Source: an uncultured Prevotella sp. (GTDB taxonomy: Bacteria > Bacteroidota > Bacteroidia > Bacteroidales > Bacteroidaceae). From it: a stretch of 57,725 nt of DNA. The position numbers and the translations under genes are program-made. Positions 49,466 to 57,725 of this stretch are shown here, in pieces. Below the pieces are notes generated by a model. The model was not told where the DNA came from and searched no databases. It was given only the letters and a program-made list of their open reading frames with translations. Position 1 is the stretch's first letter, and each line of letters starts with the position of its first letter. The stretch covers positions 1 through 57,725 of the forward strand of contig CAUUQE010000001.1 of NCBI GenBank assembly GCA_963547065.1, written 5' to 3'.

Positions 49466-49722
49466 ATTCATTTTTCTTTTTAGGGTTTGGGTTTGTTGGG
49501 TTGTTTTATATTAAAAGGCCCAAACCTATTATGAATTGAAAAAACATGGAATTACCTAACTGGCAAATCATCGTCATACAATATATTAATATTATTCTAT
49601 ACGTGATACCTCGGAAAAACACGGAAAGGTATTTTCGTATTTCGGAACGAGTTTCTATGAGTTTAGAAATAGATAGTCAACTCTAATTTAAGTTACGAAT
49701 CTAAAAATAAGATAGAATAAAT

Positions 49723-50661
49723 ATGGATGCGAATTTACTTCATCGATATGTTGCGGGAGATGTATCTGAGCAGGAAGCTTTGGAAGTTGCAGCATGGATT
49801 GCCGAGAGTAATAAGAATGAACATCAATATAAGGTTTATCGCAGTTTGTATGATATTGCATTATGGAGAACGGAAGAGGCTGAAGTGTTTTTACAGAAAA
49901 AAAACTATGGGATTCTCTCCAAGTCTTTAATGATTAAGATGTGTCGTATTGCTGCGATCGTTCTTGTAGTCTTTTCTCTCACATATTGGTGGGCCAGGGG
50001 AAAGGGAGATATTGCGCCGGCCATACAGACTGTTCATACGCCCAAAGGGCAACGTACGGAAATGTTGTTGTCGGATGGAACAAAGGTATGGATAAATTCT
50101 AATAGTACTTTGAAGTATAGCGATTTTACATCTCAAGACCGTCGTGTGGTAGAATTGGATGGTGAGGGTTATTTTATTGTAACGAAGAACCCTGCCAAAC
50201 CTTTTATTGTAAAGACCTCTCGATATGATATTAAAGTGTTGGGTACGGAATTTAATGTGACAGCTTATTCTTCAACGCGTGATTGGCATGCATCGTTGAT
50301 TAATGGTAAGATAGATATTGATGCGAAAGACGGTAGCAATTTGATGGTACTTGAACCAAATACGGAAGCATACGTGGAAAACGGAAATCTAATGAAACGC
50401 AGTATGAACACAATTGAAAGTGCGTTCAAATGGCGTAGAGGCCAAATAAGTTTTGAAAATCGATCAATGACAGAAATCATTCGAAAGTTGGAAGCCTGTT
50501 ATGATGTCAAGATCATTGTTTACAATAAAAGAATACTTCAAAGTCGATACACCGGGACGTTTGCCGTCCACGACGGAATCAGTCATATACTGGATGTGTT
50601 GAGTGCGTACGATAAATTTGCGTATACTTTAGAAAATGACAATAAAATTATTATTTACTGA
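49723..50661 (+). CDS. FecR-family anti-sigma factor
   Basis: Single TM helix, then LSDGTKVWINSNSTLKY, LDGEGYF and KVLGTEFNV. Confidence 0.93.
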   Translation: MDANLLHRYVAGDVSEQEALEVAAWIAESNKNEHQYKVYRSLYDIALWRTEEAEVFLQKKNYGILSKSLMIKMCRIAAIVLVVFSLTYWWARGKGDIAPAIQTVHTPKGQRTEMLLSDGTKVWINSNSTLKYSDFTSQDRRVVELDGEGYFIVTKNPAKPFIVKTSRYDIKVLGTEFNVTAYSSTRDWHASLINGKIDIDAKDGSNLMVLEPNTEAYVENGNLMKRSMNTIESAFKWRRGQISFENRSMTEIIRKLEACYDVKIIVYNKRILQSRYTGTFAVHDGISHILDVLSAYDKFAYTLENDNKIIIY

Positions 50662-50715
50662 CCTAATAATGAATTCTATGAAGTAAGAACAAAAAGATGA
50701 TCAAAGATGACAAAG

Positions 50716-50743
50716 CGAGATGATGAGTAGCATCATCATCTCG
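50716..50743 (+). terminator. Perfect 11 bp hairpin between fecR and susC
   Basis: CGAGATGATGA-GTAGCA-TCATCATCTCG. Confidence 0.6.
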
Positions 50744-50799
50744 TAAACTAGATTTGAAATAACCTAATATTAATTAAGCCATAATTCAATGCCAAGGGT

Positions 50800-53700
50800 A
50801 TGAAAAATATGTTAAACGCTAGTGATTTTTTTAGAAATTTCTTGGATAGCACAAAACGACAAGTTATGCTTGTTCTTATATTGTTGTCTACAATTGTCTA
50901 TACAGGGCAGACAAACGCTCAATCCAAGAAAGTAACTATTGTAACTTCGAGCATGACAATAAAGGATGTCATGCACGAAATTGAAAAGCAGACCGGCTAT
51001 ATGTTTGTTTACAATAACAAGAATATAGACCTAAATAAGGTGATTAAAATTGATGCTGCCAATACTTCAGTTGTCTCTGTTTTGGAAATGATCTTCAAGT
51101 CTACGGATATCACTTACAAGATGAATGGCAATAATATTCTGCTGATGACATCTGCTCAAAAGGAACAGTCGCAAGGGGCTGCTACAAGGAATGGACAAGA
51201 TTCGCACCGGCAGATTGTGGGAACCGTCAAAGATAAAAATGGAGAACCGATCATCGGTGCCAGTATTATGGTGAAAGGTAGTAAGGGACAAGGTACCTTA
51301 ACCGATGCTGACGGTTCTTTTAAATTAAATGTTCCGGAGAATGCTACAATAGAGATTTCATATATCGGTTTTGTAGCACAAGATATTAAAGTCGGTAGTC
51401 ATAAAAGTTTTAATATCATTTTACAGGAAGACAAAAAGATACTTGATGAAGTGGTAGTTGTAGGATATGGTAATCAGAAGAGAGTGAATATTGCCGGTTC
51501 GGTAGCTTCCGTTAAAGGAGACGATTTGATTAAATCTCCCGTATCAACTGTGTCTAATGCACTCTCCGGTAAAATGCCAGGTTTGGTCACGTTACAGTCA
51601 TCTGGTCTTCCCGGTTCAGACGGAGCTACGATGAAAATACGTGGTTTCGATGCTCCGTTGGTATTAATTGACGGATCTGAAGGTGATATTTCGACCATAG
51701 ATGCTAATGAGATAGAATCGATTTCTATTTTGAAAGATGCTTCTGCTTCTATTTATGGTGCGCGGGCAGGAAACGGTGTCATTTTGATAACTACTAAACG
51801 AGGCGTTAAGGGTAAACCGACTTTGACTTTGAATACATCTTTTACTTGGCAAGGTATTACGGACATGCCCAAGATGGCGTCGTCTGGACAGATGGCCCAA
51901 GTACGACGGGAAGGGCATTTGCAAAGTGGACAGCCAGAGAGCACTGCTCCGTATACAGAAGAAGAAATTAAGAAATATTATGAAGGTACAGACCCTCAAT
52001 ATCCCAATACGGACTGGTATGGTTTGTTGATTAGAGACTGGGCTCCCCAGCAGCAACATAATCTTTCTATACGAGGTGGTTCTGATAATATCAAGTTCTA
52101 CGGATTCTTGGGCTATTTGAAACAAGAAACCTTATTTAAAAGAAGTGACGCTTTTTACAGACGATATAATATTAGAGGGAGTATAGATGCAAGGATTACT
52201 GAAAATTTGTCAGCTAGTATGGATTTCTCTTTAGTAGTGGGAGAACGTAATTATACTACTCGAAATATGAACGAGAACTTGTGGGGTGATTTTTGGAATA
52301 CATCTCCAATGTATCCTGATAGATTTCCCGACCCTACAAAGATCCCTTATGCTGAAGGTGGTGGTACGGGTGGTGCCCATATTACAACAGATAGGAGCCT
52401 TTCCGGCTATAACGATACAAGAAGTCAAGAAACAAGGTTTATCGGTGAATTGAAGTATAATTTCTCATTCTTGAAAGGTTTGCAGGCTAAAACCAGACTC
52501 GATTATCTGCAAATGTATGCCACACAAAAAATCTTCCAAAAGCCTGTTCCGTTTTGGAAATATGATTACGGTGCAAATAAATATACAAATTCTGGTAGTT
52601 TTGGTTCTTCTGCGAATTTGGGTTATGTTCTTCCCAATAATCGACGTATGATTTACCAAACGTCTCTTGAATATAAAAATGTATTTAAGAAAATACATGA
52701 TATAAATGCATTGGTTCTTTTTGAGGCTACCGACTATTTCAATACTCGTATTTTAGCCAATAGATCTAACTTCCTAACACCTGCCATAGACGAAATGCTT
52801 GCAGGAAGTACAGAGGGGATGACTAATGGTGCCTCTACAACAGAAATGGGACGTATGAGCTGGGTTGGCCGTTTAAACTATACACTTATGAATCGATATA
52901 TCTTAGATGCAACGTTCCGCGCAGATGCTTCGGCAAAATTTCCGAAAGAATCTCGCTGGGGATATTTCCCGAGTGTGTCTCTTGCATGGCGTATCAATGA
53001 AGAAGGCTTTATGAAGAAATTTGAGAATCTCGATGCTCTTAAGTTACGTTTGAGCTATGGCGCATCTGGAAATGACAATGTAGGTAATTTTGCATATTTG
53101 GCTGGTTACGATATTATGGGTGCTAAGGATGGTGGTTCATATATCTTTGGTTCGCAACGCCAAATGGGTATATGGCCGAAAGGGTTGGCTAATCCTGACC
53201 TGACATGGGAGAAGCTTAAGATTTATAATGTAGGTATTGATGCATCTTTCTGGAAAGGTTTGCTATACGGTTCTTTTGATATCTTCTATAGAAAAAGAAC
53301 AGGGATACCCGGAACACGCTTAATCACATTACCTTCAACTTTCGGTGCTACCCTTCCTGAAGAGAATCTGAATAGTACAAGTACAAGAGGATTTGAGTTG
53401 ACTGTGGCATCTTCCGGTCAGTGGGCCGATCTCCGTTGGGATGTGAATGCCAATATATCATGGGCACGTTCAAAATGGATTTACTATGAAGAACCCGATT
53501 ATACTGATCCTGATCAACGTAGAATAAATAGGAAAACCGGTCAATGGACAGATAGGCGGTTCGGTTATATTGCTGAAGGTTTATTTACTAGCCAGGAGGA
53601 GATAGATAATCTTCCTTATAATCAGGACCAGCGTAATAATAAAACATTACGTCCTGGTGATGTTAGATTTAGAGACATAAATGGTGATAAAGTGATAGAT

Positions 53701-54192
53701 TGGAAAGATGAGGTTGAAATAGGAAAAGGCACAAGACCAACATGGTTTGCTGGTTTTAATCCTACTCTTCACTATAAGGACTTTGATTTGAGCTTGTCTT
53801 TCCAAGGAGCATTCGGGTTTGATGTGGTTGCATCTTTAGGAGGTAATACACGTGAATATTTCGAGTCTCGTTGGACGCCAGAAAATAATGATCGGAATGC
53901 TTTGATTCCCAGAGTGGGTGGAACCAGTGATAATAGTCATATTTCAACTTATTGGTTGGTTTCTGGTGATTATGTGCGATGGAAATCTTTTACACTTGGC
54001 TATACGCTCAAGCATGAGATATTGAAGAAGGCAAATATCCAAAGTATTCATTTCTTCTTCTCTGGTAGTAATATTTATACTTGGAGTAAATTGAAGAAAT
54101 ATGGTCTGGATCCCGAAGGTCCTTCTGGGAGAGGTGGTCTCTACTATCCTCAGCAACGTGATTTATCTCTTGGAGCAACTGTAATCTTTTAA
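50800..54192 (+). CDS. SusC/RagA TonB-dependent transporter with STN domain
   Basis: STN segment IEKQTGYMFVY, EIESISILKDASASIYGARAGNGVILITTKRG and C-terminal F. Confidence 0.95.
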   Translation: MKNMLNASDFFRNFLDSTKRQVMLVLILLSTIVYTGQTNAQSKKVTIVTSSMTIKDVMHEIEKQTGYMFVYNNKNIDLNKVIKIDAANTSVVSVLEMIFKSTDITYKMNGNNILLMTSAQKEQSQGAATRNGQDSHRQIVGTVKDKNGEPIIGASIMVKGSKGQGTLTDADGSFKLNVPENATIEISYIGFVAQDIKVGSHKSFNIILQEDKKILDEVVVVGYGNQKRVNIAGSVASVKGDDLIKSPVSTVSNALSGKMPGLVTLQSSGLPGSDGATMKIRGFDAPLVLIDGSEGDISTIDANEIESISILKDASASIYGARAGNGVILITTKRGVKGKPTLTLNTSFTWQGITDMPKMASSGQMAQVRREGHLQSGQPESTAPYTEEEIKKYYEGTDPQYPNTDWYGLLIRDWAPQQQHNLSIRGGSDNIKFYGFLGYLKQETLFKRSDAFYRRYNIRGSIDARITENLSASMDFSLVVGERNYTTRNMNENLWGDFWNTSPMYPDRFPDPTKIPYAEGGGTGGAHITTDRSLSGYNDTRSQETRFIGELKYNFSFLKGLQAKTRLDYLQMYATQKIFQKPVPFWKYDYGANKYTNSGSFGSSANLGYVLPNNRRMIYQTSLEYKNVFKKIHDINALVLFEATDYFNTRILANRSNFLTPAIDEMLAGSTEGMTNGASTTEMGRMSWVGRLNYTLMNRYILDATFRADASAKFPKESRWGYFPSVSLAWRINEEGFMKKFENLDALKLRLSYGASGNDNVGNFAYLAGYDIMGAKDGGSYIFGSQRQMGIWPKGLANPDLTWEKLKIYNVGIDASFWKGLLYGSFDIFYRKRTGIPGTRLITLPSTFGATLPEENLNSTSTRGFELTVASSGQWADLRWDVNANISWARSKWIYYEEPDYTDPDQRRINRKTGQWTDRRFGYIAEGLFTSQEEIDNLPYNQDQRNNKTLRPGDVRFRDINGDKVIDWKDEVEIGKGTRPTWFAGFNPTLHYKDFDLSLSFQGAFGFDVVASLGGNTREYFESRWTPENNDRNALIPRVGGTSDNSHISTYWLVSGDYVRWKSFTLGYTLKHEILKKANIQSIHFFFSGSNIYTWSKLKKYGLDPEGPSGRGGLYYPQQRDLSLGATVIF

Positions 54193-54202
54193 ACGATAAA
54201 TT

Positions 54203-56035
54203 ATGAAAACACAGATATATAAAACTAAAAAAATTGGGCAATACATTGTGTTTGCCTGTGTTGTTTTATCGGTAACATTTTTTGAAGCTTGTGATGTCTT
54301 GGATAAAAAGCCATTAGATAATATCAGTGATGCTACAGTTTGGAATGATGAGACATTGATCGATGCAGATATTACCGGTGCTTATGCCAAAACTACTGTC
54401 CTTGTAAATGAAGCTGATAATGTTGTCTCGGCAAATAAAAGTAACTTTTTTGCTATTTATTTTGTAAATAATGTCAGTGACGAATCTAAATCTGCTTCAA
54501 ATTTTGCAGGTAATGCCTATAAGTTTAAATTTGGTGCTTTGAAAATTCAAGGTGGATTATTGGAATATTGGGAACATCCTTATAATATCATTCGTGTATT
54601 GAATGAACTTTTGGAACGGATCCCTAACGCAGCCGTATCTCAGAATTTCAAACAGAAACGAATGGCAGAAGTTCGTTTCCTGCGCGCCTTTAACTATTTT
54701 GCAATGGTAAAAAGATATGGCGGTGTTCCTCTCATCACGAAAGTGCAACATAAGGATGATTCTGAATCAGAACTCAGGCCTGCGAGAAATAAAGAGCAGG
54801 ATGTATATGATTTTATTATTTCAGAAGCTATAGCAGTTAGTAAAGAACTTCCCGATTCAATAGCTGCTGATGACTGGGGACGTCCCACCAAGTATGCGGC
54901 TTTAGCATTGGCTTCCCGTGCTGCTCTTTATGCTGGGAGTATCGCTCAATATGGAACTGTTGAGTTAGATGGTGTTGTCGGTATTGATCATAACTTGGCC
55001 GGCCGATATTATCAGGAATCTTACGATGCTTCTAAAGAAATCGTTAATTCTGCACGATACGCATTGTATAATGATGATGCTAACAAGATAAAGAATTTTA
55101 AGAATATCTTCCTTAAGAAGAGAAATTCCGAGATAATCTTTGCTCGCCAGCACGACGGTAGTGATAAAGAAGTCGGTGGTGCCGGTTGGTGTTATGATTA
55201 TTTCCAATGCCCTTATCCCAATGGATGGTCTAATGGAAACCATGATGCTCCTTATCTTGAAATGGCCGAAGCATTTGAATATAAGGATGGAAGTCCGGGT
55301 AAAATAAAGGAAGAATTTTATGAAAAAGACAGATTGGTTACAATGGATGAATTATGGCACGATAAAGATCCGCGTTTCTTTGCAACCATCTATACACAGG
55401 GTACGCAATGGCAAGGAAGAACGCTCAATTACTACAATGGGCTTATTTTACCTGATGGATCAGTTCTGCAGCAAGGCTCTTATGGAGGGGTTTTAGCCAA
55501 TGGTGAACAGAAATATTGGGTAGCATGTGGATTTGGAGTGATGAAATATTTGGATGAAAGTAAGAATAACGGAGACGGTTCTACAGCCGGTATCTTTGGT
55601 TCCAAGCAAGATTTTATCATTTTTCGTTATGGGGAAATTTTATTGAATTATGCAGAGGCGGCGTTGGCATTAGGTAAGACAGGCGAGGCGATTAATGCGG
55701 TTAATCAGATACGCGAGCGTGCCGGAATAGCCAAACTCACAACCATTGATATGGATAAGATACGTCATGAAAGACGAGTTGAATTGGCTTTTGAAGGTCA
55801 TCGCTATTGGGACTTGCGTCGTTGGCGTATTGCAGAAGACTATTTGTCTCGTGATATGCACGGTCTGAAGTTTATTTTAGATTATAAAACGAGGAAGTTC
55901 CGTATTCAGAAAATCGATAAGATAGATGGTGCTACTAAAACGCCCTTATTCAGACCCGAAAATTATTACTTCCCCATTACGCATGCGCGTACAAATCAAA
56001 ACCGTAATTTGGTAGAAAACCCGGGATATAAATAA
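54203..56035 (+). CDS. SusD/RagB family lipoprotein
   Basis: Lipobox FEAC-D; motifs AEVRFLRA, YGGVPL, FRYGEILLNYAEA, ERRVELAFEGHRYWDLRRW and ENPGY. Confidence 0.93.
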   Translation: MKTQIYKTKKIGQYIVFACVVLSVTFFEACDVLDKKPLDNISDATVWNDETLIDADITGAYAKTTVLVNEADNVVSANKSNFFAIYFVNNVSDESKSASNFAGNAYKFKFGALKIQGGLLEYWEHPYNIIRVLNELLERIPNAAVSQNFKQKRMAEVRFLRAFNYFAMVKRYGGVPLITKVQHKDDSESELRPARNKEQDVYDFIISEAIAVSKELPDSIAADDWGRPTKYAALALASRAALYAGSIAQYGTVELDGVVGIDHNLAGRYYQESYDASKEIVNSARYALYNDDANKIKNFKNIFLKKRNSEIIFARQHDGSDKEVGGAGWCYDYFQCPYPNGWSNGNHDAPYLEMAEAFEYKDGSPGKIKEEFYEKDRLVTMDELWHDKDPRFFATIYTQGTQWQGRTLNYYNGLILPDGSVLQQGSYGGVLANGEQKYWVACGFGVMKYLDESKNNGDGSTAGIFGSKQDFIIFRYGEILLNYAEAALALGKTGEAINAVNQIRERAGIAKLTTIDMDKIRHERRVELAFEGHRYWDLRRWRIAEDYLSRDMHGLKFILDYKTRKFRIQKIDKIDGATKTPLFRPENYYFPITHARTNQNRNLVENPGYK

Positions 56036-56188
56036 TATGTTCCCGTCAATTAATTTCTTTTTTTGGAGAAACAGGAGGGGTATAATGGAACTTGTGTGAA
56101 TGATTATGCCCTCTTTACTGTGTGTTATACCTTAAATAAAAATAAATTAAATATAAAGAATAAACAACTTACAAATAAACAAAAAGAA

Positions 56189-57133
56189 ATGAAAACTTTA
56201 AATGTATTATTATTGTTCATATTGTTTTCGTTGGGTTTAAATGCCCAAAAGTTTACAATCCCCGTATTCCCCGATCCGCAAAGTGAAGTGGATGAAAGAA
56301 TGGATATGTTTGAGAGTCAGGTGGATTGGATTGTTAAGAACCGCGAAAAATTAAATATGCCTATCGTGCTTTGTGTAGGCGATTTGGCTAATTTTGATAA
56401 CTATACCCATTGGGATAAGGCCAGCCAACAGTTTGAAAAGTTCGATAAAATCAGATTACCTTATGCTTTGACATTAGGCAACCATGATACCGAAGCAGTG
56501 GGCGAGTATGATGGAAGTGCTGCACCCGGCAACACCAATCAGAATCTAAGAAAGACATTTAAATTCAATTCTTACTTCCCAACCTCTCGATTTATTGCGC
56601 AAAGAGGACGGTTTGAACCAGGAAAGAGCGACAATGCCTACTATACTTTCAAAACCGGAAACACTTATTGGCTTGTTCTGACGTTAGAGTTTTGTCCTCG
56701 TCAAGGCGCTATCAATTGGGCTAATGATGTTGTGAAGGCTTTTCACGAATACAATGTTATTGTGTTGACACACTATCACCTTAGTGGTAAAGGCGAAATT
56801 GTTCAAAATAATGCCGGCTATGGCGACTTTAGTCCGCAGTTTGTGTTCGACCGTTTCCTCAAATTGCATCCCAATATCCGTTTTGTTATCAGCGGTCATG
56901 TTATGAAAACAGCCTTTAGAGTAGATGAGGGTGTTCATCATAACAAAATCTATCAGATTTTACAGAACTATCAAAACGAAGATAACGGCGGTGGTTATCT
57001 GCGCCTCTTAAACTTTGATTTGAACAAAGGTACAGTTGTAGCAGAACTCTATTCGCCTTTCTATAACAAGTATAAAGAACCTGAAACCAAATATACGATC
57101 GAAGGATTAGAGCTGGTTAAGCCTAAACTTTGA
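56189..57133 (+). CDS. Secreted calcineurin-like metallophosphoesterase
   Basis: Start reassigned to the ATG at 56189 (MKTLNVLLLFILFSLGLNA); motifs PDPQ, VGD, GNHD, LTH and SGH. Confidence 0.85.
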   Translation: MKTLNVLLLFILFSLGLNAQKFTIPVFPDPQSEVDERMDMFESQVDWIVKNREKLNMPIVLCVGDLANFDNYTHWDKASQQFEKFDKIRLPYALTLGNHDTEAVGEYDGSAAPGNTNQNLRKTFKFNSYFPTSRFIAQRGRFEPGKSDNAYYTFKTGNTYWLVLTLEFCPRQGAINWANDVVKAFHEYNVIVLTHYHLSGKGEIVQNNAGYGDFSPQFVFDRFLKLHPNIRFVISGHVMKTAFRVDEGVHHNKIYQILQNYQNEDNGGGYLRLLNFDLNKGTVVAELYSPFYNKYKEPETKYTIEGLELVKPKL

Positions 57134-57190
57134 TACGATTGGCAGGTGTAAAAGCTTGCGTACGATATTTCTTTTCAACTTTTTTATATA

Positions 57191-57238
57191 GGCAGATTGA
57201 AAGATGGTGGCTTTTAGGTCCTCAATCTTTCATCTGCC
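57191..57238 (+). terminator. Intergenic hairpin between the phosphoesterase and the second GH5
   Basis: GGCAGATTGAAAGAT...ATCTTTCATCTGCC. Confidence 0.55.
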
Positions 57239-57283
57239 ATAGAAAGGATTACAAAGTTTTTGTAAATGTAAAGTAAGCAACTG

Positions 57284-57725
57284 ATGAAACGTTATATATT
57301 TTATTTATTTCTGCTTTTATGTGTGATGTGTGGTGGAACAACTGATGCAAAGTCGCCTAAACAGGTATCCAATAATATACAGCCGCAGACTGTTCGTGGC
57401 TTTATGGTAGAAACAGCAGAGTCTGTTGACAAGAAAACCCTTGTTGATGCCAAGAGTTGGGGAGCCAATGTTGTAAGGCTGCAACTTAACCCTTTAAGTT
57501 ACGCCATCAAGCGGAAACGCAATTTCTGGGAAGCATTTCCCGATTATTTAAAGCTGGTTCAAACCAAAATCGACGATGCTCGGCAGGTCGGTTTGAAAGT
57601 TGTTGTAGACCTGCACGAACCTCCCATGATGGATGGAGATAAGGCACCTACATCTACAAAACAAGGAACAGAGGCCTTTTGGGAAAATCCTGAACTAAAA
57701 ACCAACTTTATTCGGATGTGGAAAG
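57284..57725 (+). CDS. GH5 family glycoside hydrolase, 5' part (runs off the window; absent from the ORF track)
   Basis: Hand translation gives MKRYIFYLFLLLCVMCGG...VRGFMVETA...SWGANVVRLQLNP...VVDLHEPP...FIRMWK, a clear paralogue of 46634-47872. Confidence 0.85.
   Translation, partial: MKRYIFYLFLLLCVMCGGTTDAKSPKQVSNNIQPQTVRGFMVETAESVDKKTLVDAKSWGANVVRLQLNPLSYAIKRKRNFWEAFPDYLKLVQTKIDDARQVGLKVVVDLHEPPMMDGDKAPTSTKQGTEAFWENPELKTNFIRMWK

Noticed and set aside
49481..49528. Invertible promoter
   Set aside because: The perfect inverted repeat is only about 8 bp, the enclosed segment is very short, and there is no recombinase nearby. An RNA hairpin fits better.

Overview
Bacteroidota chromosomal window, probably Prevotellaceae (inferred from gene content, A-rich start contexts and TAnnTTTG promoters). 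It has five blocks. (1) A minus-strand PUL at 237-13158: STN-SusC, SusD, a DUF4874/DUF4832 lipoprotein, an HGSNAT-like membrane acetyltransferase, a SusE/F-like lipoprotein, GH31 and GH109. (2) A divergent, partly decayed locus at 13689-26728 with a ROK regulator: SusD, a SusC broken by one in-frame TAG, a phosphoesterase, an AGE epimerase, DUF4434, an MFS porter, an SGNH esterase and two gene relics. (3) dsbD, a cysteine-desulfidase-like gene, and a murein-peptide recycling cluster ending in a decayed sodium:solute symporter. (4) A housekeeping block (relA/spoT, mltD-like, DUF5683, parB, parA, surE, lpxB) plus a CxxC TonB receptor. (5) An AT-rich ECF/FecR PUL with a phosphoesterase and two GH5 paralogues, cut by the window end. 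No rRNA, tRNA, CRISPR array or intact mobile element was recognised. The best candidate for an undescribed system is PUL 1, a possible 'N-acetylate then hydrolyse' route for alpha-galactosamine glycans. Several intergenic regions carry degenerate 21-22 bp-period arrays. All family calls are by-eye motif recognition, not database searches.
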